From an uncultured Chloroflexota bacterium (lineage in GTDB: Bacteria; Chloroflexota; UBA11872), in NCBI GenBank assembly GCA_958296175.1, contig OY282448.1, positions 2,150,612 through 2,214,611 of the forward strand: 64,000 nucleotides of DNA. Direction: 5' to 3'. Each line of letters starts with the position of its first letter. The first letter of the stretch is position 1. The translations under genes were made by a program, and so were the position numbers. Shown here piece by piece: positions 43,954 to 52,965 of the stretch. The notes beneath the pieces are model-generated. The model did not search any database. It was not told the DNA's origin and saw only the letters and a list, made by a program, of their open reading frames with translations.

Positions 43954-44799
43954 CTAGGCGCCGATCGCGCGGCGCAGCGCCCGCACCTCGCGGAACAGGC
44001 CGGCGGGGTTCATGCCCACCGTGTCGATCATGTGCACCGTGCCGGGGTTGCGGCCAACCGCGCGCATGATCGTGCCCACGTCCAGCCCGCGCTGTAGCTC
44101 CACGTGCAGCGGCACGCTTGGCTCGCGGCCCGGCGCCGTGTTGTGCCAGCGAATCTCGGCCAGCCGGTCGGCGAACCGCGCCATGTAGTTCAGCCGCGAC
44201 TCGAAGGCCAGATGGTTGCCGTCCACCGAGTGAAACGCGCGCCCGGTGTGCAGCGCCAGGCGCACGCGGGAGGTCTCCTCCAGCATGGACAGCACGCTGT
44301 CCACGGCGTGCAGCGCCGCGCCGCTGTCGGCGTTTTCGACCGCGATCGGCAAGCCGGGGAACAGGTTGTGGATCGTGCGAAAGCTCTCTCGCAGCGCGTC
44401 CATGTGCCGCGCGTCCGGCCCTGTGCGCCGCCCCGGATGCACCACGTACATCTCCATGGCGTGGCGCTGCTCGAAGAACTCGACGATCTGCACCAGCTGG
44501 CGCAAGGCGATGCTGCGGTCGGTCGCGTTCGGGTCGGTCAACGCGGGCCAGCGCCGCTCGGGCGCGTCGCGGAAGACGTTCAGGTGGAAGCGCATCGGCG
44601 CGCGGTCCAGGATGTGGATGAAGTCGGCATCGAAGAACGTGCGCAGCCCCAGCTCGTACATCACCGTGTCCAGGCTGAACTCCACGACCTGAAACTCCAG
44701 CCGCACGGCCACGTCCACGATGGCGCGCAGTTGTGCCAGCAGCCGCCGGCGGTCGTGCGCCGCCAGCCGCGGATTGAACCCCAAACGCAGCGGCGGCAT
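43954..44799 (-). CDS. Sugar phosphate isomerase/epimerase (xylose isomerase-like TIM barrel)
   Basis: AP-endonuclease-2/xylose-isomerase-like TIM-barrel pattern; internal Met start (MPPLRLGFNP). Confidence 0.65.
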   Translation of the reverse strand: MPPLRLGFNPRLAAHDRRRLLAQLRAIVDVAVRLEFQVVEFSLDTVMYELGLRTFFDADFIHILDRAPMRFHLNVFRDAPERRWPALTDPNATDRSIALRQLVQIVEFFEQRHAMEMYVVHPGRRTGPDARHMDALRESFRTIHNLFPGLPIAVENADSGAALHAVDSVLSMLEETSRVRLALHTGRAFHSVDGNHLAFESRLNYMARFADRLAEIRWHNTAPGREPSVPLHVELQRGLDVGTIMRAVGRNPGTVHMIDTVGMNPAGLFREVRALRRAIGA

Positions 44800-44946
44800 G
44801 GCCGTTACCCCGCCCGTCCAGACGGCGGCGCGGCCCAACCAGCCGCCAGCGGCGCTGCCCAATCTGGCGGCGGCGCGGCCACCGAACGCGGCTTTACATA
44901 ACTGGCTTGCAGGATCACGGTGCAGACTCCCGCCGCCGGCCCCGCC

Positions 44947-45864
44947 TTACGGCTCCCACAGCCCCGACGACACGTAGCGGTCGCCGATGTCCGAAAACAC
45001 CGTGACCACGCAGGCCGCGGGTTCCCGCTCCAGCACCTGGCGCACCGCGTAGAGATAGGCGCCGGACGACTGCCCGACGAAGATGCCCGTGCGCGCCAGA
45101 GCGAACGAGAGCGCGCCGGCCGCGTCCACGTCCACGTCGATCCAGTCGTCCACCACGGCGCGGTCCAAGATCGCGGGTTCGATGTGCCCGCTGCCCAAGG
45201 GCTTCAGCCCCTCCACGCCGGGAAACTCCGGCGGCCGCGCGCCCACGATGCGCACGTCGGGCCGTTCCTCGCGCAGGCGGCGGCCGACCCCCGTAATGGT
45301 GCCGCCGGTGCCCACGCCGGCCACGAAGTGCGTAACGTCGGGCGGCGCCTGCGCCAGCAGCTCCACCGCGGTGCCTTCGTAATGCGCCAGCCAGTTCGAC
45401 TGGTTGCTGTATTGGTCGGCAAAGTAGTAGCGGTCCGGGTCGGCCTCGTAGCGCCGCCGCACTTCCCGCAGCGCCTCGTCATAGCCCAGCAGCGCGTCGG
45501 TCACCACCAGGCGCGCGCCGTGCGCCGTCAGCCGCTGGCGCCGCTCCTGGCTGGCGTTGGCCGGGATCACGATTTCCACCGGGTACCCCAGCGCCGCGGC
45601 GAACATGGCGTAGGCAATGCCGGCGTTGCCGGACGACGAGTCCAGAATCGTCTGCCCGGGCCGCAGCGCGCCGCTGGCCAGCGCGTCGCGCAGCATGCGC
45701 GCCGCCGGACGGTCCTTGATCGAGCCGCCCGGGTTCATCGACTCCAGCTTGGCGTAGACCGAGGCCTGGGGGAACTCGCCGCGCAGCGCCGACACCTCAA
45801 TCAGCGGCGTGCCGCCCACCAGGTCGAACAGCGGGTGCGCGGCCGCGCCGCCCGTCACGGCCAT
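44947..45864 (-). CDS. cysK: Cysteine synthase (O-acetylserine sulfhydrylase)
   Basis: PLP-lysine motif NPGGSIKDRPA and the GTGGT loop; overlaps the serS 3' end by 10 nt. Confidence 0.85.
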   Translation of the reverse strand: MAVTGGAAAHPLFDLVGGTPLIEVSALRGEFPQASVYAKLESMNPGGSIKDRPAARMLRDALASGALRPGQTILDSSSGNAGIAYAMFAAALGYPVEIVIPANASQERRQRLTAHGARLVVTDALLGYDEALREVRRRYEADPDRYYFADQYSNQSNWLAHYEGTAVELLAQAPPDVTHFVAGVGTGGTITGVGRRLREERPDVRIVGARPPEFPGVEGLKPLGSGHIEPAILDRAVVDDWIDVDVDAAGALSFALARTGIFVGQSSGAYLYAVRQVLEREPAACVVTVFSDIGDRYVSSGLWEP

Positions 45865-47135
45865 GGCGCTTCTGCCTCGACGTGGGTTTGGCCGCCCATG
45901 TAGGGCTGCAAGACCTGGGGAACGGCCACGCGCCCGTCCGCCTGCACGCCCTGCTCCAGCAGCGCGGCGTAGGTGCGGGGCACCCCCAGCGCGGTGCCGT
46001 TGAGGGAATGCGCCAGCTCGGTGCTCCCCGACCCGGCGCGCCGCACGCGCACCCCGGCGCGGCGGGTTTGGAACGCCTCGCAGTTAGAAATCGACGAGAC
46101 CTCCAGCCACGCCTGCGCGCCTGGCGCCCAGACTTCCACGTCGTATTGCTTGGCCGCCGCGAACCCCAGGTCGCCGGTCGGGACTTCGCGCACGCGGTAG
46201 CTCAGGTCCAGCCATTGCACCACAGCTTCCACCTCGGCGCGCATGCGTTCCAGCGCGGCGTAGGAATCGTCGGCGGTCGTCACGGTGAACAGCTCGATTT
46301 TGTCGAACTGATGCACGCGCCGCAGGCCGCGCGTCTCGGCGCCGGCGGCGCCCGCTTCCCGTCGGAAGGCGGCCGCGTACGCGGCGTATTTGGCCGGCAG
46401 CAGCGCCGCGTCCAGCGTTTCGCCGGCGTGGTATTCGGACAGCGCCACCTCGGCCGTGGGGCTGAGCCAGAGGCGGCTCTGGTCGAGGCGGTAGGAGTCC
46501 TCCGCGAACTTGGGCAGCTTGGCGGCGTTGGTCATGGCCGCGGTGGTCACCAGCGCCGGCAGGTAGAGCTCGCGGTAGCCGTGCTCGCGCACCTGCACGT
46601 CCAGCAGCCACTGCATGAGCGCGCGGTGCAGCCGCGCGCCTGCGCCGCGAAACACCCAGAAGCCCGACCCGGCCAGCTTGGCCGCGCGGCCAAAGTCCAG
46701 GATGCCCAGGTCGGCGGCGATTTCGTCGTGCGCCGGGCGCGCGTCGTCCGCGGGCGGCTGGCCGCCGTGCGCGTGGATCACGCCCACGTCGTCGGCGCCG
46801 CCCACGGGAACCGAGGCGTGCGGCAGCATGGGAATCTCCAGCAGCAGCCGGTCCACGTCCGCGCGCAGCTCCGCCAGCTCGGGTTCGTGCGCGTCCAGCT
46901 GCGCCGTCAGGCTGCGCGTGCGCTCGATCAGCGCGGCGCGCTCGCCGCTGGCGGCGCCGCCAATCTGGCGGGTCAGCGTGCGCCGCTCGGCGCGCAGGCG
47001 CTCGACCTCGGCCAGCGCGCCGCGCCAGTGCGCGTCCCGCGCCAGCAGCTCGTCGAGTGGTGCGCCCGCGCCGCGCGTGTCGAGGCGCGCGCGCACCAGC
47101 GCTTCGTGGTCGCGGATGAATCTCAGCGGCAGCAC
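45855..47135 (-). CDS. serS: Serine--tRNA ligase
   Basis: N-terminal coiled coil (MLPLRFIRDHEALVRARL...) and class II core (GLRRVHQFDKIELF, SNCEAFQTRRAGVR). Confidence 0.9.
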   Translation of the reverse strand: MLPLRFIRDHEALVRARLDTRGAGAPLDELLARDAHWRGALAEVERLRAERRTLTRQIGGAASGERAALIERTRSLTAQLDAHEPELAELRADVDRLLLEIPMLPHASVPVGGADDVGVIHAHGGQPPADDARPAHDEIAADLGILDFGRAAKLAGSGFWVFRGAGARLHRALMQWLLDVQVREHGYRELYLPALVTTAAMTNAAKLPKFAEDSYRLDQSRLWLSPTAEVALSEYHAGETLDAALLPAKYAAYAAAFRREAGAAGAETRGLRRVHQFDKIELFTVTTADDSYAALERMRAEVEAVVQWLDLSYRVREVPTGDLGFAAAKQYDVEVWAPGAQAWLEVSSISNCEAFQTRRAGVRVRRAGSGSTELAHSLNGTALGVPRTYAALLEQGVQADGRVAVPQVLQPYMGGQTHVEAEAPWP

Positions 47136-47213
47136 GGCATCGCCAGAACGAAGGACCCGCGCCGCGGCGCCGCCGGCTGGCCGCCCGCGCGCGGGACCAC
47201 GTGGGAACCGATT

Positions 47214-48821
47214 CTACGAACGGTCACGCAGCTGGGGAAAAAGGATGACGTCGCGAATGTTGGCCGCGCCGGTCAGCACCATCACCAGCCGGTCCACGCC
47301 CAGCCCCAGCCCGCCCGCCGGCGGCATGCCGTGTTCCAGCGCCAGCAGGAAGTCCTCGTCCACCGGCATCGCCTCGCTCCCCTCGCGGCCCGAGGCTTGC
47401 GCCTGCAAGCGCGCCCGCTGGTCGATGGGGTCGTTCAGTTCCGTGTAGGCGTTGCCCAGTTCCATGCCGTCCACAAAGAACTCGAAGCGGTCCACGTAGC
47501 GCGGGTCGTCCTCGCAGCGCTTGGCCAGCGGCGTGGTTTCGGCCGGGTAGCGTTCCAGCAGCGTCGGCGCGGTCAGCGCAGGTTCCACCACGTGCTGCAT
47601 CAGGGTGTCCAGCAGTTTGGCGCGCGGCCAGGCGGCGTCGACGCGCAGACCGCGGTCGCGCCCCGCCGCGGCCAGCTCCGCGTCGCCCAGGGTTTCCAGA
47701 TCCAGCCCCGCGTGTTCCAGCAGCGCCTCGCGGTAGGCCACGCGCGGCCAGGGCGGGGTGAAGTCCACGCGGCGCCCGCCGATCGTGGCTTCGGTCGACC
47801 CGTGCACGGCCGTCACGGCGGCGGCCACCAGCGCCTGGACGAGCTCGCGCATGCCGCCCAGGTCCGCAAAGGCCTGATAGGCCTCCAGCATCGTGAACTC
47901 CGGGCAGTGCGTGCGGTCGATGCCCTCGTTGCGGAAGTCCTTGCAGATTTCGAACACGCGCTCGTAGCCGGCCACCAGCAGGCGCTTCAGATACAGCTCG
48001 TCGGCGATGCGCAGGTAATAGTCGCGGTGCAGCGCGTCGTACGAGGTGACGAACGGCGTGGCCGATCCGCCGCCGTATACCGGCTGCAGGGTGGGCGTCT
48101 CGACTTCCATGAAGCCGTGCTCGTCCAGTTCGGCCCGCAGCGCGGCCACGATGGCCGAGCGGGACTCGAAGCGCCGCCGCGCGTCCTCGTTGGTCAGGAT
48201 GTCCAGATAGCGCTGTCGGAAGCGCGCCTCTGGGTCTTGCAGCCCGCCCCACTTGTCTGGCAGCGGCCGCAGGGCCTTGGCGGCCATGCGCAGGCGTTCC
48301 ACGCGCACGCTCGGCTCGCCGCTGCGCGTGCGAAAGGGCTGCCCGCCGGCCGACACCAGATCGCCAACGTCCAGCACCTCCAGCGCACTGCTGTAGGCAG
48401 AGGCGCCCATGACCTTGTCGGTGAGGAACAGCTGAATCTCGCCAGACGCGTCGCGCAAGGTCGCGAACGACGTGCGGCCCATGCGGCGCACCCCGACGAT
48501 GCGCCCGGCCACGTCGACCAGGGCCTCGCCGCCGCCGCGCGCCGCGGCCTCCGAGTCGTTGGCGTCCGGGGCGTCGGCTTCCGAGTCGTCGGCGTCCGGG
48601 GTGTCGGCGCCGCGGCCGCCGCGCGGCGCGGCGCGCGCGGTCAGCAGCTCGCGCGTCGAGAGGCGCCAGCGCACGTCCGCGGCCGTGCAGCTGCGCGGCA
48701 CGCGGCTCGGGTAGGCCGACCCTTGCGCGGCCGCAACCGCGGCCAGTTTCGCCCGCCGGGTCTCGAACAACCGCTCGCCCGCCGTCGCCCCGGTGGGCGC
48801 GGCGCTCGTGTCGACGTTCAG
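47214..48821 (-). CDS. lysS: Lysine--tRNA ligase (class II)
   Basis: Anticodon-binding OB domain (VDVAGRIVGVRRMGRTSFATLRDASGEIQLF) and class II motifs (FMEVETPTL, EFTMLEAYQAF). The start lies at/near the greA stop and is uncertain (no in-frame ATG). Confidence 0.78.
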   Translation of the reverse strand: MNVDTSAAPTGATAGERLFETRRAKLAAVAAAQGSAYPSRVPRSCTAADVRWRLSTRELLTARAAPRGGRGADTPDADDSEADAPDANDSEAAARGGGEALVDVAGRIVGVRRMGRTSFATLRDASGEIQLFLTDKVMGASAYSSALEVLDVGDLVSAGGQPFRTRSGEPSVRVERLRMAAKALRPLPDKWGGLQDPEARFRQRYLDILTNEDARRRFESRSAIVAALRAELDEHGFMEVETPTLQPVYGGGSATPFVTSYDALHRDYYLRIADELYLKRLLVAGYERVFEICKDFRNEGIDRTHCPEFTMLEAYQAFADLGGMRELVQALVAAAVTAVHGSTEATIGGRRVDFTPPWPRVAYREALLEHAGLDLETLGDAELAAAGRDRGLRVDAAWPRAKLLDTLMQHVVEPALTAPTLLERYPAETTPLAKRCEDDPRYVDRFEFFVDGMELGNAYTELNDPIDQRARLQAQASGREGSEAMPVDEDFLLALEHGMPPAGGLGLGVDRLVMVLTGAANIRDVILFPQLRDRS

Positions 48822-49273
48822 CTGATCGCCAGGATCTCGTGCACCAGGGCGCCGCGGGGGGTGTCTACGGTGACAGACTCGCCCACTTTGCACCCGTCCA
48901 GCGCCTGGCCCAGCGGCGATTCGTTCGAAATCTTGCCCGACGCCAGGTCGATCTCGTCCGTGCCCACGATGGTGAAGGTGTGTTCTCCGTTCCCGGAGTG
49001 CAGGCGCACGGTGGAGCCGATGCCCACCGTGTCGGACGAGTGCTCGCTGATGATGACGGCGTCTTTGAGCAGCCGCTCCAGCATCATGATGCGGCCCTCG
49101 ATGAAGGCCTGCTCGTTGCGAACTTCGTCGGACTCGTTGCCCTCGCCCAGCTCGCCGAACTCTTTGGCTTCCTGGATGCGCCGGATGATGTCGGGCCGTT
49201 GCTTGGTCTTCAGCTCGTCCAGCTCGTCCATCAGACGCGCGCGACCCTCTTCGGTCAGGAACTTGGTTGCCAC
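48818..49273 (-). CDS. greA: Transcription elongation factor GreA
   Basis: VATKFLTEEGRARLMDELDELK...GEGNESDEVRNEQAFIEGRIMMLERLL; GTG start preceded by AGGAGG. The ORF track fuses it into a longer artefactual ORF. Confidence 0.85.
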   Translation of the reverse strand: MATKFLTEEGRARLMDELDELKTKQRPDIIRRIQEAKEFGELGEGNESDEVRNEQAFIEGRIMMLERLLKDAVIISEHSSDTVGIGSTVRLHSGNGEHTFTIVGTDEIDLASGKISNESPLGQALDGCKVGESVTVDTPRGALVHEILAIS

Positions 49274-49290
49274 CCCGGCGTCCTCCTGAG

Positions 49291-49320
49291 CAAAAACATA
49301 GGGCCGCGCCGCGCGGCCGC
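49291..49320 (-). promoter_or_regulatory. greA 5' leader: GC-rich hairpin (GCGGCCGCGCGGCGCGGCCC) followed by UAUGUUUUUG immediately upstream of the RBS
   Basis: Seen directly; terminator-like structure within the leader. Confidence 0.4.
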
Positions 49321-49437
49321 TGGAACCTTCCCCCTGGGGAACCCAAGTATAGGCAACGCCCATCGCGCATTCCCCCGCCCTCGAGAGCGCGAAGGCCGCA
49401 GGGAGCGCCGCCAGGCCTGGCGGCGCTCCTGCCGTCG

Positions 49438-51441
49438 TCACGGCGCCGCCGGACGTCCGGCGCCGATGAACGTAAACCGCGTCTCCATCAGGTAAGCGCC
49501 GTCCGAGGAGTCGGCCTGTTCGGCGTCCCAGCTGCGTTCGGCCAGCGTCACGTCGGGTTCGGAGACGCCTGCCGCGCGGGCGCGGGCGCGGGCCAGCTGG
49601 GGGCCGGCGCGTTCCACGTAGGCGCGGGCGTCGGCGAACGAGCCGAAGCGGCGGCGCTCCGTCGGCCCGTGCACCACGTAGCCAGTCACGCCGAAGCGCG
49701 CGTACAGCGGCCGCAGCAGGAACTCCACCGGCTCCGCCACCTGCGCCGACGCCGCCCCGGCCGCGCTGGCCACGCCGGCCAGCGCGGGGACCACGCAGTC
49801 GGCGTGCAGCCGTTGGGCGACCGTGGGCATCCAGGCCGGCGCCGGCGCGCCAAGCGCCACGATCGGCGTCGTGACCGCCAGCCGCACGTCGAGCGGGTCC
49901 TGGCGATGGTCCAGCGACAGCGACCGATCCAGCATGAACCGCCCCAGCGCGCCGCCGTCGGCGTCGGCCGCGCGGCGGTCGTGCTCCGCAACGGCGCGCA
50001 GCAGCACGCTGGCGCCCAGCCGCCGCACCACCAGTTCGTGCGCGCGCGCGATGAAGACGGCGGAGTCGGTGCGGCTCTCGCGCGCCGCAATCCGGCAGGC
50101 GCGCCGCGCCGCCTCGGCGTCGAATGCTTCGAACTCGCCCCGCGCGTGCAGCAGGTCGGTCGGCGTCAGCCCAATCCGCCGCACCAGGCCGCGGGCGATC
50201 AGCGCGCGCACGTTCAACAGGCGCGCGTCGGCCAGGTTCACGCGCCGCGTCAGGGCGGTCACGTCCAGCGGGCCGTCGGTCAGAGCGTTGCAGATCGCGT
50301 GCTCGCCGCGCGTCAGCACGTCGGCGTCGGCCGCGCGCCCGGCGGCGAAGAACTCCCAAACCGGCGTCAGGCGGTGGGTCACGCCGTCGCGTTCGATGCG
50401 GGCCAGCGCCTCGGCCACGGACGGGTTCGCGGCCGCGGCGGCGGCCAGCGGTTCCACGCGCTGCGGCCCGACGTGCAGGTCCAGCGGGTCGGCCACGATG
50501 CGGCTGTCGCCGCCGATGCCGGACGACCGCGCGTCGGCCGCGCGCACCGCGGTGCGCCAATCGCCGATCACGGCGCCCTGCTCGCTGACGGTGGGCTGGC
50601 CGCCGCGCACGAGCGCCGCGTCGGTCGTCGTGCCGCCCACGTCGACCACCAGCGCGTCGTCCAGCCCGGTCAGCCGCCGCGCGCCGAGCGCGCTGGCGGC
50701 CGGCCCCGACAGCAGGGTGTCCACGGGCCGCTGCCGGGCGCGCTCCAGGGGCGTCAGCGCACCGTCGCCGCGCACGACGGCCAGCGGCGCCTGGATGCCG
50801 CGCGCGGTCACGCTGGCGCGCACGGCGCGCAGCAGCCGCTCGACGTTGGGAATCAGCCGCGCGTTCAGCACGGCTGTGGTTGCGCGGCGCACCGAGTCCA
50901 GCGAGCGGCCCACGCTCCCCCCCGTGACCACGGGCGCGTCCGTCAGGCTGGCGGCAATCTCGCGCGCCCGCAGCTCGTGATCGGGATTGCGGACGGCCAG
51001 ATAACTGGAAACCGCGAAGGCGTCCACGGCGCCGCGGCGCCGCTCCACCGCCCGCCGCAGCGCGTCTTCGTCCAGCGCCGCGCGCTCGTCGCCGAACACG
51101 TCGTGGCGCCCCTGCACGTATTCGATGACCGACGCGCGAATCCGCCGCTCCAGCCCGTAGCGCCGCAGCATGGCGCGGTCGTAGCCGATCAGCAGGGCGC
51201 ACACCCGCCCGCCCAGCCCCTCCACGGCCGCGTTGGTTGCCAGGGTGGTCGACAGCGCCACCAGCCCGATGCGCCGCCGCGGCGCGGCGGGCAAGGCGTC
51301 GATCGCCTGCGCCGCGCCAAGCGCCAGGTCCTCGTGCCGCGTGGGGGCCTTCGCCCAGGCCGACACCGCGCCCGTGGCCGGATCCATCAGCACGGCGTCG
51401 GTATGCGTGCCTCCCGTGTCGATCCCAAGAACCAGCGCCAT
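49438..51441 (-). CDS. Hydantoinase/oxoprolinase family protein (second HyuA-like paralog)
   Basis: LGIDTGGTHTDAVLMD N-terminus and second motif LVVDVGGTTTDAALV; ~667 aa. Confidence 0.7.
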   Translation of the reverse strand: MALVLGIDTGGTHTDAVLMDPATGAVSAWAKAPTRHEDLALGAAQAIDALPAAPRRRIGLVALSTTLATNAAVEGLGGRVCALLIGYDRAMLRRYGLERRIRASVIEYVQGRHDVFGDERAALDEDALRRAVERRRGAVDAFAVSSYLAVRNPDHELRAREIAASLTDAPVVTGGSVGRSLDSVRRATTAVLNARLIPNVERLLRAVRASVTARGIQAPLAVVRGDGALTPLERARQRPVDTLLSGPAASALGARRLTGLDDALVVDVGGTTTDAALVRGGQPTVSEQGAVIGDWRTAVRAADARSSGIGGDSRIVADPLDLHVGPQRVEPLAAAAAANPSVAEALARIERDGVTHRLTPVWEFFAAGRAADADVLTRGEHAICNALTDGPLDVTALTRRVNLADARLLNVRALIARGLVRRIGLTPTDLLHARGEFEAFDAEAARRACRIAARESRTDSAVFIARAHELVVRRLGASVLLRAVAEHDRRAADADGGALGRFMLDRSLSLDHRQDPLDVRLAVTTPIVALGAPAPAWMPTVAQRLHADCVVPALAGVASAAGAASAQVAEPVEFLLRPLYARFGVTGYVVHGPTERRRFGSFADARAYVERAGPQLARARARAAGVSEPDVTLAERSWDAEQADSSDGAYLMETRFTFIGAGRPAAP

Positions 51442-51586
51442 GTCCCGATATTCGCCCCGCGGCCGCGCCTCGCGCGCGCCCCCAGGCTACCTGTCTTCCT
51501 GGAGCCGGCGGGGGCGCGCCGCCCGCGGCGGAGGCCGTTCGAGGGGCGGCGGCGCCGCCGAGTGGGCGGGATTGCGCTGCGGCGGG

Positions 51587-51615
51587 TTGACCGTGGGCGG
51601 CACTACATCTAGTAT
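51587..51615 (+). promoter_or_regulatory. Putative strong sigma-70-type promoter for dnaN (TTGACC, 17 nt spacer, TAGTAT)
   Basis: Near-consensus hexamers with optimal spacing ~110 nt upstream of the dnaN GTG, which is preceded by GGAGAG. Confidence 0.45.
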
Positions 51616-51727
51616 CCGCGCGAGCTTGGGGTCGATATGTGCGGTAGTCCGCTCTGACATCGGCGTCACCCAGGCCGAGAGACGTGAGGACGTTGGAGCG
51701 TCACGCAGCACATCGGAGAGTCACGGC

Positions 51728-52885
51728 GTGGACATCACTTGCCTACAAGAGAACCTGCATCGCGCGTTGAACCTCGTCACTCGGGCCGTGGCGGCGCGCA
51801 GTCCGTTGCCGGTGTTGAGCAACGTGCTGATCGCCACGGAAGAGGGCGGGCTGAAGATCGCGGCCATGAATCAGCAAATGGCCATCACCGTCTGGATTGG
51901 CGCCAGCGTCGAGACGGACGGCGCAACCACCGTGCCCGCGCGCCTGCTGGCGGACTTCGTGAGCCAGCTGCCGGAAGGCCCGGTCACCATGTCGCTGGAC
52001 ACGGAGACCGACACGCTGGAGATCGCGTCGGGGCGCTACCGCGCCAAGCTGAAAGGCATCGACGCCAACGAATTCCCGCCCATTCCCGAAACCAAGCCCG
52101 AGCACGAGCTGGAAATGCCCACGACGACCTGGGGCGAACTCATCGACCAGGTGGTGGTGGCGGCGGCCTCGGACGACAGCCGCCCGGTGCTGGCCGGCGT
52201 GAGCATCACGCTGGCCGCGGAACATGTGGAGCTGGCGGCGGCCGACGGCTATCGCCTGGCGGTGCGCCGCGCAACCTCCGTGACCGGCTTGCCCGACCCC
52301 ACGCAGTTCATCGCGCCGCGCGCGGCGATGATTGAGCTGTCGCGCATCCTGGCCGACGACCCGGGGCTGGTGACGATCGGCCTGGCGCCCAACTCGTCCT
52401 CGGTCGTCTTCAGCACCAAATCGGTATCGCTGGTGTCGCAGCTCATCGACGGGCACTTCCCGGCCTACGAGCAGCTGGTGCCGGACGGCTCGGCCGTGGA
52501 GACGCGCGTGGTGGCGGACACGGCGGCGCTGGTGCAGGCCACGCGCATCGCCGGGCTCTTCGCGCGCGACGGGCAGAACGTCATCAAGGCCACCATTGAA
52601 GGCCAGGAGGACGGGTCGGGGCGCCTGGTGCTTTCGGCCACGTCGGCGGAGCTGGGCGAGAACCAGGGCGAAGTGGAAGCTGCCGTGTCGGGTTCGACGC
52701 CCAACGCGATCATCGCCTTCAACTACCGCTTCCTGCACGAGTGCCTGGGCACGCTCGCGTCGGACCGCGTCTCCATTGCGCTGTCGGGCTCGACCAGCCC
52801 AGGGTTGTTCCGTCCGGTGGACGATGATGACGCGGACATTCCGACCTTCAGCCACGTCATCATGCCCATGCACACGGTGTCGTAG
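51728..52885 (+). CDS. dnaN: DNA polymerase III subunit beta (sliding clamp)
   Basis: LHRALNLVTRAVAARSPLPVLSNVLIATEEGGLKIAAMN... three-domain clamp pattern; GTG start inside the 51233 ORF. Confidence 0.85.
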   Translation: MDITCLQENLHRALNLVTRAVAARSPLPVLSNVLIATEEGGLKIAAMNQQMAITVWIGASVETDGATTVPARLLADFVSQLPEGPVTMSLDTETDTLEIASGRYRAKLKGIDANEFPPIPETKPEHELEMPTTTWGELIDQVVVAAASDDSRPVLAGVSITLAAEHVELAAADGYRLAVRRATSVTGLPDPTQFIAPRAAMIELSRILADDPGLVTIGLAPNSSSVVFSTKSVSLVSQLIDGHFPAYEQLVPDGSAVETRVVADTAALVQATRIAGLFARDGQNVIKATIEGQEDGSGRLVLSATSAELGENQGEVEAAVSGSTPNAIIAFNYRFLHECLGTLASDRVSIALSGSTSPGLFRPVDDDDADIPTFSHVIMPMHTVS

Positions 52886-52965
52886 ATCGACACCGTTCAT
52901 CCTGATGCGCGAGTGGCGGGTGCGGCCGCGGCGGTCGGCGGCGTGCGCGGGCTGATGCTGCGCCG

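Noticed and set aside
51442-51727. Chromosomal origin (oriC) upstream of dnaN
   Set aside because: No dnaA gene, no cluster of TTATCCACA-like DnaA boxes and no AT-rich DUE in this GC-rich spacer. A promoter-like TTGACC-17-TAGTAT is the only clear signal.
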